Assembly (NCBI GenBank): GCA_009837185.1
Contig: VXUA01000083.1
Span: forward strand, 56,371 to 120,370
Source: Gammaproteobacteria bacterium
GTDB taxonomy: Bacteria > Pseudomonadota > Gammaproteobacteria > Pseudomonadales > Azotimanducaceae
Length of the DNA: 64,000 nucleotides
Direction of reading: 5' to 3'
Shown: positions 1-9,600 of the stretch, piece after piece
Layout: each line of letters opens with the position of its first letter
Position numbering within the stretch: position 1 is the first letter of the stretch
Made by a program: the position numbers and the translations under genes
The notes under the pieces: model-generated
The model's database searches: none
What the model was told of the DNA's origin: nothing
The model's input: only the letters and a program-made list of their open reading frames with translations

Positions 1-1
1 A

Positions 2-754
2 AAGCGTATCAAAGAACGCACACTTCCTTCAGCCGTACCCACGACCAAGAGGGACAACGCACACAAAGATCGTGTAAAGGGTACTGCTAAAAGAGATACT
101 GCCAAAAGAGATGCGAAGGCGGATACGCCACAAAGTGGCGAGCCAAAGAAAAAAGGTGGTAAAAAACCAAGTGGAACTAAAACTGCTGATACACCTACTT
201 CAAAGGAAAGGACGAAAAGCAAAACACACGCGCCGCTAAAAGTAGAAAAAGCAGTAACGAAACAAAAAGCAGACCAGAAACCAAGTCTCGAAAAAAGACC
301 CGTCGCTAAAACAGATGCACCAGAAGAAAAGAGCACACCTCAGCGTGCGGAAGCATCACAGGTAGAAGACTCACCCTCCCAGTCCAAGTCGCCGGGAAAG
401 ACCAAGAGTCATCACAAGCACGAAAAGCAGAAATTCGAGTACCTGAGTGCCCCTCCTTCAGAAGGATTACCAAACAACGACGAGAATCGAACGATACAAA
501 CATCAATGGAGTCGTCAGAAGAGATACCTACTAGTTCTGAAATGGAATCTCCGGAGACAGAAACGATGCCATCATCGAGTGTAGAGTCTGATCACACGAG
601 TAGTAACGATCTATACGGATCAAGCGACCGAACCAAAACTGATGTCGATGCTATGCTTATGGATGACGACTCATCCGACAGTAAAGCTCGAGCTTCAAAC
701 GATCCTCGTATTCGACCTAAGGAGAACCGACCGAGACCCGTAGTGTCTCAGTAG
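2..754 (+). CDS. 3' part of a CDS cut by the window edge. It has a Lys-rich basic segment followed by a Ser/Glu/Asp-rich acidic tail. Possibly the non-catalytic C-terminal scaffold of RNase E (synteny guess only).
   Basis: Frame 2 is open from nt 2 to the TAG at 752-754, 250 codons with no stop. The listed ORF 506..754 is only its last part. The translation runs KRIKERTLPS...KKKGGKKPSG...SMESSEEIPTSSEMESPETE...RIRPKENRPRPVVSQ. It is convergent with murB, the position rne occupies in Pseudomonas-type gene order as I remember it. Confidence 0.55.
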   Translation, partial: KRIKERTLPSAVPTTKRDNAHKDRVKGTAKRDTAKRDAKADTPQSGEPKKKGGKKPSGTKTADTPTSKERTKSKTHAPLKVEKAVTKQKADQKPSLEKRPVAKTDAPEEKSTPQRAEASQVEDSPSQSKSPGKTKSHHKHEKQKFEYLSAPPSEGLPNNDENRTIQTSMESSEEIPTSSEMESPETETMPSSSVESDHTSSNDLYGSSDRTKTDVDAMLMDDDSSDSKARASNDPRIRPKENRPRPVVSQ

Positions 755-777
755 TTCGCGGTACGGCAGCGAACTAC
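751..777. terminator. Hairpin between two convergent genes; candidate bidirectional terminator
   Basis: Perfect 9-bp stem, gtagttcgc (751-759) pairing with gcgaactac (769-777), and a 9-nt loop. It lies between the TAG at 752-754 and the murB stop at 779-781. There is no clear U-run on either side. Confidence 0.4.
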
Positions 778-778
778 T

Positions 779-1798
779 TCAACGATCGCTTCCCATAATC
801 ACCGGTTCGAGTACGAGACGAATGTCGTAATGACGTTCTACATCGTCGGACACGCGCGCGGCAACATCCAAAAACTCGGCCGCGCTCGCGCCCCCACAGT
901 TAACTAAAACAAGTGGTTGTCGATACCAGACCAGAACATTGCCAACTTGCTTTCCTTTCCACTTTTGCGCATCAATGAGCCTCGCAGCGGGTACCCGAAT
1001 CGATTCTCCTTGTGAAAATCCAACAATATCGATTTTGCCTCGTAAGCGATCATATTCTTCCTTCGATAGGGTAGGATTTTTAAAGAAGCTTCCGACATTT
1101 GGAAATTCGTCGAGATCGGGAAGTTTGCTTTGTCGTATGTCGATGACTGTTTCCGCGATTAGATCGTGATCTATTTCCTCAGATGAATACCCACTGAGTG
1201 TTTCGCGAACATCTCGATACTCTGTCATCAGTGGAAGTCTTCCGAGCAAAAAGGTTACATGAGTAATGATGACATTTGATACAACCTTGGTACGAAACAC
1301 ACTTTCGCGGTAGGAAAATTGACACTCTTCGTTGGATAAGACGCGAATTTCTTTCGTTGCTAAATCGAACACTTCTACAGTGTGCACAAGTTCCGAGAGT
1401 TCTCGACCGTAAGCGCCAATGTTTTGATACGGTGCTCCGCCAACATTTCCTGGAATCAGTGCTAGATTCTCTAAACCTCCAATACTCGCCTTGAGCGTGT
1501 GCATCACGAACTTGTGCCAGTTCTCTCCAGCACCAACTCGTACTAAGTGTTTATCTTCGCCTACCTGAGTAACGGAAATCCCTTCGATGCCGATATGGAG
1601 CAAGCGTCCTTCGATTCTAGATTGGAGGAGGAGATTTGATCCGCCACCCAAAAAATTTACCGGTCCTGAAAAATTTGAAGCCTCGACGAGTTGAGCAAGT
1701 GAAGAAATATGTACATATTCTTCGACATAGCTCTCTAACTTAAGGCTATTGAACGCGAAAAGCGAAAAGTTGCGTAAAACGGAAATGGGACGCGTCAG
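779..1798 (-). CDS. murB: UDP-N-acetylenolpyruvoylglucosamine reductase MurB
   Basis: Motifs GGGSNLL, VGAGENW, LENLALIPGNVGGAPYQNIGAYG, GSFFKNP and YRQPLVLVN match MurB. MurB-like sequence (LRNFSLFAFNSLKLESYVEEYVHISSLAQLVEA) continues upstream of the first canonical start (TTG at 1651) in the same open frame. I therefore extend the 5' end to a CTG at 1796-1798, which lies 8 nt downstream of a GGGAGG Shine-Dalgarno sequence. Confidence 0.85.
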   Translation of the reverse strand: MTRPISVLRNFSLFAFNSLKLESYVEEYVHISSLAQLVEASNFSGPVNFLGGGSNLLLQSRIEGRLLHIGIEGISVTQVGEDKHLVRVGAGENWHKFVMHTLKASIGGLENLALIPGNVGGAPYQNIGAYGRELSELVHTVEVFDLATKEIRVLSNEECQFSYRESVFRTKVVSNVIITHVTFLLGRLPLMTEYRDVRETLSGYSSEEIDHDLIAETVIDIRQSKLPDLDEFPNVGSFFKNPTLSKEEYDRLRGKIDIVGFSQGESIRVPAARLIDAQKWKGKQVGNVLVWYRQPLVLVNCGGASAAEFLDVAARVSDDVERHYDIRLVLEPVIMGSDR

Positions 1799-1819
1799 AT
1801 TGGCAACCTCCCGTTCAGT

Positions 1820-2590
1820 TTACTCGATTCCGGTCGCGAACAATTCTCTGACTCTTGCCAAGTCGTCGGGTGTGTCAACACCTGCTGGTACCGGTTCGTT
1901 AACGTGATCCAACACAATCGAAATTCCGTTCTCAAGAAATCGAAGTTGCTCCAAGCGTTCTACTTGTTCCAAGCGCGAGGGACTCCAAGACGCAAACTTC
2001 TGGAGCGCCCACACTCGATACCCATAGATTCCCAGATGACGATACCAATGGGATTCGACTTCAGCAGGTTCACCGTCTGCAAAGTTACTTCGGTCCCAAG
2101 GCATCGGAGCGCGTGAAAAGTACAGCGCGTGCGATTCGGAATTTAACACAACTTTCACGACGTTCGGATCAAAGATCTCTTGAACATTTGAGATAGTCGA
2201 ATACAAACTCGCTACGCCGTTTGTTGGTCTATCAATCAAAAGTCGAGCAACCTGATTTACGACTTGGGACGGAATTAAGGGTTCGTCGCCTTGCACATTG
2301 ACAACTATGTCATTCGGTCCAAATTCAAGGTCTTGGATTGCTTCTACGATGCGATCTGTACCAGACGCATGATCTAAGGAAGTCACGACCGAAATTGCGT
2401 CAGTGTCAACCAACGTATCGATAAGCTGCTGGTCGTCGGCCGCAACGTAAACATGTTTCGCATCGGACGAGAGAGCTCGTTCAACAACGTGTCTTAGCAT
2501 TGACTTACCCGCGATCGGTAAAAGTAACTTGCTAGGGAGCCGCGTGGAATTTAGCCTTGCTGGAATGATTACGGAAAAGGAACTATTCAA
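1820..2590 (-). CDS. kdsB: 3-deoxy-manno-octulosonate cytidylyltransferase (CMP-KDO synthetase) KdsB
   Basis: VIIPARLNSTRLPSKLL, VNVQGDEPLI and HLGIYGYR match the KdsB family. The TTG start overlaps the lpxK stop (TTGA). Confidence 0.9.
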   Translation of the reverse strand: MNSSFSVIIPARLNSTRLPSKLLLPIAGKSMLRHVVERALSSDAKHVYVAADDQQLIDTLVDTDAISVVTSLDHASGTDRIVEAIQDLEFGPNDIVVNVQGDEPLIPSQVVNQVARLLIDRPTNGVASLYSTISNVQEIFDPNVVKVVLNSESHALYFSRAPMPWDRSNFADGEPAEVESHWYRHLGIYGYRVWALQKFASWSPSRLEQVERLEQLRFLENGISIVLDHVNEPVPAGVDTPDDLARVRELFATGIE

Positions 2591-3585
2591 GTTCTAGCCT
2601 TTACGTTGATTCCGTGCTTGTAGAACAGTGACGTGAGGAATTCATCCATGTCCTCATTAAATTTCACGTTCACCTTTAGGTACCAAAAGTGACTTGTATC
2701 TATGGGTAACTCACGAATTTTTTGAGCATCTTTTTCGGTTACGATGATAACACTTCCGTTATGCTTAAGTTCATCTGTGCGAAAATGATGATGATCACGA
2801 AAGGGCTTTACTCTTGCTTGAATTTGGATTTGGTCTAACGTGTTCTGAAAACTGCTTGGATTACCGATCGCAGCGATTGCACGAAGTTGTCCAGCCTGCT
2901 GTCCCCTAAACTCATGAATAGATAACACTGAATTGTTCGATACGTTTACAAATTCAACGGGTTCAAGGTGCATAACAGATGTTGGCAAGTCATTGCAACT
3001 AGGTTCGCCTTTCACAACCAACCACTGAACGTCTTGCAACCTCGACTTCGGTTCGCGTAGAGGACCAAATGGCAACTGTAAGCCGTTACCCACGCCACGG
3101 GCACCGTCTAAAACCGAGATTTCAATATCTCGAGCTAATTTGTAGTGCTGCAGACCATCGTCGGCAATAATGAGGTCGATCGAATGATTGTCTATAAGGA
3201 ATTGGGTCGCGCGTACCCTGTTTGGATCTACTACGATTGGAACTCCTGTTCTTCTGCGCAACAAGACATTCTCTTCCCCCACGTCGCGACACAGAGATTG
3301 TTGACTGACCATCATTGGATATTGGGACGCTTTACCTCCATAGCCACGACTCACTATCCCAACCTTGATTCCTCTTCGAGTAAGCCACTCGCACAACCAT
3401 ATAACCAGTGGAGTCTTACCCGTTCCACCAACAGTAATGTTGCCGACAACACATACCGGTACAGAAGCTTTCCAAGCTCTATTCGTATCGCTCTTGTATC
3501 GCGCTCGACGATACTCGACTACTCTCCGCAAGATCCATGAAACAGGAGTAAAAACTTTCAGCCAACTATGCTTGGAATACCACAA
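2587..3585 (-). CDS. lpxK: Tetraacyldisaccharide 4'-kinase LpxK
   Basis: P-loop VVGNITVGGTGKTPLVIWL, VSRGYGGK and DDGLQH motifs. It sits in the msbA-lpxK-kdsB order. Confidence 0.9.
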   Translation of the reverse strand: MWYSKHSWLKVFTPVSWILRRVVEYRRARYKSDTNRAWKASVPVCVVGNITVGGTGKTPLVIWLCEWLTRRGIKVGIVSRGYGGKASQYPMMVSQQSLCRDVGEENVLLRRRTGVPIVVDPNRVRATQFLIDNHSIDLIIADDGLQHYKLARDIEISVLDGARGVGNGLQLPFGPLREPKSRLQDVQWLVVKGEPSCNDLPTSVMHLEPVEFVNVSNNSVLSIHEFRGQQAGQLRAIAAIGNPSSFQNTLDQIQIQARVKPFRDHHHFRTDELKHNGSVIIVTEKDAQKIRELPIDTSHFWYLKVNVKFNEDMDEFLTSLFYKHGINVKART

Positions 3586-3630
3586 CTTCCTTACCCCAAT
3601 ACACTTTAGTACCGAGCAACACCAACAGAC

Positions 3631-5469
3631 TTATTCGGCGTTGCGAAATTGCGATGCATGGAGCGTCGCATATCGACCCTGCTTCGCCAATAGTTCCTGA
3701 TGCGATCCTAGTTCAACGATTCGTCCGTGTTCGAGAACCGCAATGATATCAGCGTTTATGACGGTCGATAGTCGGTGTGCAACCACCAAAGTTGTCCGTC
3801 CTAACATCATTTCATCAAGAGCTGCTTGGATCAATCTCTCGGATTCAGTATCAAGCGATGAAGTTGCTTCGTCAAGGATCAACACAGGTGCGTCTTTCAG
3901 TATCGCACGAGCGATGAGTATGCGCTGTCTTTCTCCTTGTGATAGATTTGTACCACGATCGCCGACATTACTATCCAAACCGTTCTGCATCCTTTGCGTG
4001 AATATATCGACTCGAGCGCGTTGAACCGCACTCTCAATCTGCTCAGGAGTAGAGTTTCGAAGTCTCCCAAATGCAATATTGTTGCGAATCGTGTCATTGA
4101 AAAGAACAACTTCCTGACTCACAAAGGCGATGTGATTCCGTAGCGAATCTTTTGTATAACTTGAGAGAGGTTCGTCGTTAAGCAGTATTTGTCCTGACTC
4201 CGGTTCGTAAAAACGTAGTAATAGTTGAATTAGCGTAGTCTTACCGGCCCCCGTTGCACCAACGATCGCCAACGTTTGACCAGGAGCTACGTCCACCGAA
4301 ATATCGGTCAACGTTTGTTTGTCCGAGTTCTGGTACGAAAAGTCCACGTGATTGAACTGAATAGCCGCCTGCGTGGCTTGAAGTTCTTCTCGTCCGTTGT
4401 CGAGTTCGGTATCGCGGTCAATGTGGTCAAATATTTCACTTGCTGCGGCGAGTCCTATCTGTAGTCGTGCGTTCAAATCGGAAAGACGTTTTATAGGACT
4501 GGCCAATGCGCCTGCTAATCCAATATATGTGATGATGCCTGCCGCATCCATCCCACCTTTGATTTGATCAATGAAAAGGACTCCGACAAGCGCAGCTATC
4601 GCAAACGCGACTAGCAATTGAATGAACTGTGCACTCGTTGCTTTTGTAGCAACCATTTTCAAGTGCTGTTGACGATTCTTTGTGCTCGCGTCCTGAAAGG
4701 CTTGAGACTGTTGTTGCTGCGCGCCGTACGCTCGAATCGTCTTATGTAGGAGAACAGTTTCCTGCCCAAAGTGAGTTACCTCGCCCATGGAAGATTGAAT
4801 TCTGATGCTGAGTTCTCGAAATCTGCGCGATGCATAGTGGACGATCACGGCAACAATGGGAGCTAGGACAAAAAACAGTAGCGTCAGCCACAGATTGATC
4901 AGCAGCATCGCACCCAACATGAACATAAGCTTGCCACCGTCCTGCATCAAGATACGCAATACCTCCGTGGCGGTATCTCTTAGTTTGGAGGTCGTGTCCG
5001 TAAGACGGTTAGAAATGTCCCCTTGCCTACTCTCGTCGAAATACGAACAAGGTAACAGGAGCAATCGATCATGTAGCTCGCAACGAATCGTGTGTACCAC
5101 AAAGAACGACACTCGGGACAGCAAAAACTCGCCCACAACATTGGACAAAGCGCGTACAAAAGCAGCAACACCGATCATGCATGCAAACAATATTGGTATC
5201 GGCCAGGGAACGTAGTCAAGGAAGTAATTCGGTATCCAAAACCAAGACTTTGTCGCGGCGGTGTTCGTTGCGATGTCGCTGGCGGACGTGTCGGAACTTG
5301 CCTCAAACGAGCTTACGACTGAACCGAGAATCTGGGCAAAAAACACTTCCGCTATAGCTGCCAGAAAAAATGCCAATAGGGCAATCACGAAATACCAAGC
5401 TCGACTCCGCACATAAGAAGTTAGCCGGCCGTAAGTCTGCCAGTCGTTTCTTTCAGATTCAGTAACCAC
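3631..5469 (-). CDS. msbA: Lipid A export ABC transporter (fused permease/ATPase), MsbA-like
   Basis: N-terminal six-helix ABC exporter domain, Walker A GATGAGKTT, signature LSQGERQRI and Walker B LILDEATSSLD. It lies directly upstream of lpxK, as in E. coli. Confidence 0.8.
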   Translation of the reverse strand: MVTESERNDWQTYGRLTSYVRSRAWYFVIALLAFFLAAIAEVFFAQILGSVVSSFEASSDTSASDIATNTAATKSWFWIPNYFLDYVPWPIPILFACMIGVAAFVRALSNVVGEFLLSRVSFFVVHTIRCELHDRLLLLPCSYFDESRQGDISNRLTDTTSKLRDTATEVLRILMQDGGKLMFMLGAMLLINLWLTLLFFVLAPIVAVIVHYASRRFRELSIRIQSSMGEVTHFGQETVLLHKTIRAYGAQQQQSQAFQDASTKNRQQHLKMVATKATSAQFIQLLVAFAIAALVGVLFIDQIKGGMDAAGIITYIGLAGALASPIKRLSDLNARLQIGLAAASEIFDHIDRDTELDNGREELQATQAAIQFNHVDFSYQNSDKQTLTDISVDVAPGQTLAIVGATGAGKTTLIQLLLRFYEPESGQILLNDEPLSSYTKDSLRNHIAFVSQEVVLFNDTIRNNIAFGRLRNSTPEQIESAVQRARVDIFTQRMQNGLDSNVGDRGTNLSQGERQRILIARAILKDAPVLILDEATSSLDTESERLIQAALDEMMLGRTTLVVAHRLSTVINADIIAVLEHGRIVELGSHQELLAKQGRYATLHASQFRNAE

Positions 5470-5535
5470 GGTGACTGTTCAAGCCCAGAGTTGTTAAGAA
5501 ATAGTGCAACGACTGTGCATCAACGAACAGCAAAC

Positions 5536-5955
5536 CTAGTCGCGAGTTGCTTCTCGAACCAAGATGGACACATTCTTAATACCCAGTTCTGACAACGCGT
5601 CCAAAACCAGTACTATGGTTGCGTGTCGCACGTCGGCATCACCTCCGAGCACTACTTGAGCTTCGGGATAGTTCTGAAACGTAGCGGTGATATGTTTCAT
5701 CACAGCGTCTCGAGAGAAGGTTTCTAAACGCACATCGTTGACCATAACGACACCTTCACTGGAAACTAGTATTTGAATGTTGTCATGATCTTGCGTGGCT
5801 AGTTCACCCTGTGCTTCTGGGAGTACGATCGCAAGAATGTTTTCTCGAACGGTGGTCGAAGTGACCATAAAAAAGATCAGTAACAGAAAAACAACATCAA
5901 TTAATGGCGTGATTTCAATTGATACGTCTCGTCTTTGTGGCCGGTGGAACTTCAT
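5536..5955 (-). CDS. exbD: ExbD/TolR family biopolymer transport protein
   Basis: 139 aa with a single N-terminal transmembrane helix (ITPLIDVVFLLLIFFM), typical of ExbD/TolR. It overlaps exbB by 4 nt. Confidence 0.8.
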   Translation of the reverse strand: MKFHRPQRRDVSIEITPLIDVVFLLLIFFMVTSTTVRENILAIVLPEAQGELATQDHDNIQILVSSEGVVMVNDVRLETFSRDAVMKHITATFQNYPEAQVVLGGDADVRHATIVLVLDALSELGIKNVSILVREATRD

Positions 5956-6575
5956 TGTTTAGACTCGACATCGAAACCTACAACCATTACATCAACAAGT
6001 CGGCTCGCTTGCCACTCCAAGTGTACGATCAGATGGTCCACTCGACGCAGGAAGTACCGGTAGCCAATGAGTGCCAGAATGGCTACTCCCAACCCAAAAG
6101 CTGTCGTTATCAACGCTTGCGAAATTCCACCCGATAGTTGGGACGGATCACCACCTCCTGTCGATACCAGTTCAGTAAATACTTGAATCATGCCGATGAC
6201 GGTTCCCAACAATCCAAGTAATGGAGATATGGATGCGATCGTCCCTAGTACGGTGAGAAACCGTTGTAAGTCAAATATGACCGTGTTTGCGGTCTCTTCC
6301 ATAACGTTTTTGACAGCATCTATCCCGAAGTCGGTCTTCCGCAATCCAGCCGCCAAAATTTTCCCGGAGGGTGATTGCTCAAGTTGACCAAGAAACTCGG
6401 TATCAATGTAGCCTTCTTCTTTAATTCTCGCTTCAATTTTTGGAAGTAACCAAGTCGGTGCAATTGCTGTTCTCCGCAAAACCCAAGCACGTTCAATGCA
6501 CACCATGAACGCGATTACGCTGCAGGCGAGAATTGGCACCATAAGCCACCCCTCAGCTTGAATCAAGTCAATCAC
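5952..6575 (-). CDS. exbB: MotA/TolQ/ExbB proton-channel family protein
   Basis: 207 aa with three transmembrane helices and the conserved PLLGLLGTVIGMI segment. Confidence 0.8.
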   Translation of the reverse strand: MIDLIQAEGWLMVPILACSVIAFMVCIERAWVLRRTAIAPTWLLPKIEARIKEEGYIDTEFLGQLEQSPSGKILAAGLRKTDFGIDAVKNVMEETANTVIFDLQRFLTVLGTIASISPLLGLLGTVIGMIQVFTELVSTGGGDPSQLSGGISQALITTAFGLGVAILALIGYRYFLRRVDHLIVHLEWQASRLVDVMVVGFDVESKQ

Positions 6576-6616
6576 AATCTACGCTAGTCTTAAATTGAAA
6601 TTTCGACGGCGAAGAG

Positions 6617-9600
6617 CTACTCTCCGGTTCCAACTTGAACCCATCGAATCGCATCGCCAAATAGTTTCCCGTCGCTATTGCTTGGCTCCACACTGACAAC
6701 GGTGGTTCCTTGGTCCAATTGAGTTTCAGTAATGTATATCCAACCAAAATCACTCTCGCTGACATTCACGTCAATCACCTTAGAAACATCGCCAGCTTCA
6801 ACAGTGAACTTGTACTCTCCGGCTATGCTCTGCCAAAAAAAGTTATTCAAGTTAGCCGTTCCAATTCGACCTCGTGGTAATAACCCCCGAGGATAGTCAC
6901 CAAATTGACCTCGAAAATCGGGAAGATGAAACTCTAATAGCCACATCCCGGCACTTGGTAGGTCTGTTTGAAACGCAATGCTCTTTGGGTTTTCACTCTC
7001 ACTGTACACCATGGTTCGACGGGGACTCCCCCAGGCACTTGGGTAGTCGACACGCCGCCAAGTTTTGACATCATCGACGTGCCTGCCGTTTTCAACTGAA
7101 ACAGTTGAGTCTAGGTCATCAATCACAATACCAATTTCAGGTGGAGGGGAAGGTTTCCAATCGCTCGTTCGAAAACCGTGAAATTCTTCTAGTAGGTCTG
7201 GGTCGACGTTTCGAGTGTCTTGAACTAGTTTAGTGGGTACTGCGACCCGCCCCCCGCCAATCTTCAAGTTTAGAGGCTCCACGATTACGCGAATCGGCTC
7301 GCGCTCACTCACGATTCCTACTTCAACGCTTTCGCCGGGTTGTATGTAGACTACTGGTCCCTGACCAAATCCACCCATCCTCATATTCTGTGTGTCAAAG
7401 CTAGCCTGTAAGCCGATGTCGGCACCCAGGGCACCATACCCTTGAAATTCGGTAGTTACAGATGTTCGAAAGACTCCGGTGCCCTCACCGCTATTGAATA
7501 CATGAAACAAAATTTGATATTCGTCTTCAAGCTCATCGGGCACTGCTCGCTTGTAGGTCTGAGCGGATGAAACCTCCAATTGTGGTTGTTTATTTCCAGA
7601 AAACCAATTACCGAGTACTTCTTTTACGGGCAGCCCTAAGTCTGCACTAGTCTCGTACAGATCTTCGAGATTGAAATTGGAGTGTCTGTATCGAACCAAC
7701 AGCTCGTCCAACAGCAGCTTCGTGTCATCTCTACCCAAAACCTGAAACAGTTGGAAACTCAAATGAGCACAACGCAACCGGAGGGATTCGGCTAGGAAAG
7801 GGTTTAGATTTGACTTTATAGTCTGCTGAATCGACGACCCCAATGCTGCATTTTGAACTGCCTCCGTATTTAATCGTTTGCCCACAACGTCCTCTACGAC
7901 GTCAACATGTCTTAAAAGAGGTTTTAGTCTTCCAAAGATGCGAAGACCGGTTCGACCCATTCTGTTCCGACCTTGCCAACTCCAAAAACCTTGATTAGAC
8001 TCGCTTTGGGACGGTCTCATTTCTTTTGGAAAGTACCCGCTAGCGGAAAAACCATCCATGCTTGCATACCAGAACAAGTCATTCAGGTAGGACAATACTA
8101 AACTCAAAGCTTCAGCTTCTGGGCCAACGACACCAACTTCATGGTCCCAGTACGTATTGAACAGGTCAAGATGAAAATTAAATCCTTGAACATTTAATCG
8201 AAAATACTGCCTCAGAATCGTCACTAAATAGCTTCCCTGAGTCATGTCCATCTGTTCGAATAACGGGTACATGTACTCCGGAATGGTCTTCTGCCAGTCG
8301 ATTGAGATTACGTCAAATTCGCGTAGTAAATAGGAGCACTTGTCAGAAATCGACAAATTTAAAAACGTGCCTCCTCCGTACACTCGATAGTGTTGCGGTA
8401 CTGATATAAACCGGTAATCGCTACATGGGAACTCATAACCATCGGTTGAATTTGCTTCTAACTGTTCGGCTAGCGCGTCAGCAAGATCCTCTACGGATTC
8501 ACCAAGGAGACTTAGCCGGTTCAAATGGTGCTCTGAAATTAGAACTTCAAAATTGGTACCACTAATTTCTCGACTCAGTACCCTGAGAGGTCCCGCGTAT
8601 AAGCCGATAGAAGAGACAGGTACATCTGTAGTGAATTCATAGGTCTTGCTCGTTAATGGCGAGCCTTCCTCTTCTAACAAACGTCTCTTACCTGGTAGTG
8701 CGGGCTCCCAGTGTTTCGGTAATGTCAATTTAATACTTGAAGTAAAGAAGTCCTTGTGTTCTCGTAATTCGTGCAAAGGCAGAAATGCAGAAGGAAGCCA
8801 AGCAACTTCCTGTGGAAGCGCGACAAAATTAGAGCTGAAAATTCCGTGGGCATTCCCCATATAAGACAAAAGTTGATCCCAATATGGAATCTGTCTTATA
8901 TCGGTGGAACTATCGAAGTAACCATAAGCTAAGTCCGGTTTGCCCTGATATGTGATAGACAGGCTTATCCTCTGATCTTGTTTGAGTGGTTGTGTTAACT
9001 CCACTCGTAGCGCTCCTTTTGCGTCCAATTCCGAATTGACTTGGACCTCGTCAAGCTGGACCTCCGATACGACAAAACCAGGATTCAACCAAATGGTCAA
9101 GGGGTCATCGTCCGTATCTGCCAGCACAATTGCAGAGAGTTCGGTCGTAACAGAAAGGTGGTGCTTAGGATTGAGATTCACTATTGCATGAACGTCAATT
9201 ACGTCAATCTGTGGAACGATTGTTTCTGTACTGCGATCGCGCAAATCCGTCCATTGTCGGACCTTCGATGCTTGTTGCATAGCAATTGTGAAAGAAGTTC
9301 CGATACATACGACAAAGACTAGCCCGCACATTGATCCCACAATTAAATCTCGCCGCTTGAATACGTCCCGTCTCTGGTAGAACACAACAGCTAACAAAAA
9401 CAAACAAAAAATCGCTGAGAAGTAGCCGGAGTAGCGAACAATATCAAGAATTCCTAGTTGTTCAGGATCCAGATCTGAACCGAACGTCCCTATTAGTGGC
9501 AATCCCTCGAAGAGCACGTGCTGAGACAAAGAGAATTGCGTAATCAGGAAATAGCCTCCGATAACAGTTCCTAAAAGTGCGCTCATAGTCAGTAAATTGT

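Noticed and set aside
3145-3540. Long antisense ORFs inside well-supported genes: 3145-3540 (+) in lpxK, 23853-24332 (+) opposite the ImmA-macro gene, 38490-38978 (+) in serA, 47066-47563 (-) in metG/rnfA, 62690-63274 (-) in the DUF349 gene, and 32907-33335 (-) in the permease
   Set aside because: Each lies entirely within, and antisense to, a gene with clear family motifs. Their translations are low-complexity or Ser/Arg-rich with no recognisable motifs. They are typical shadow ORFs.
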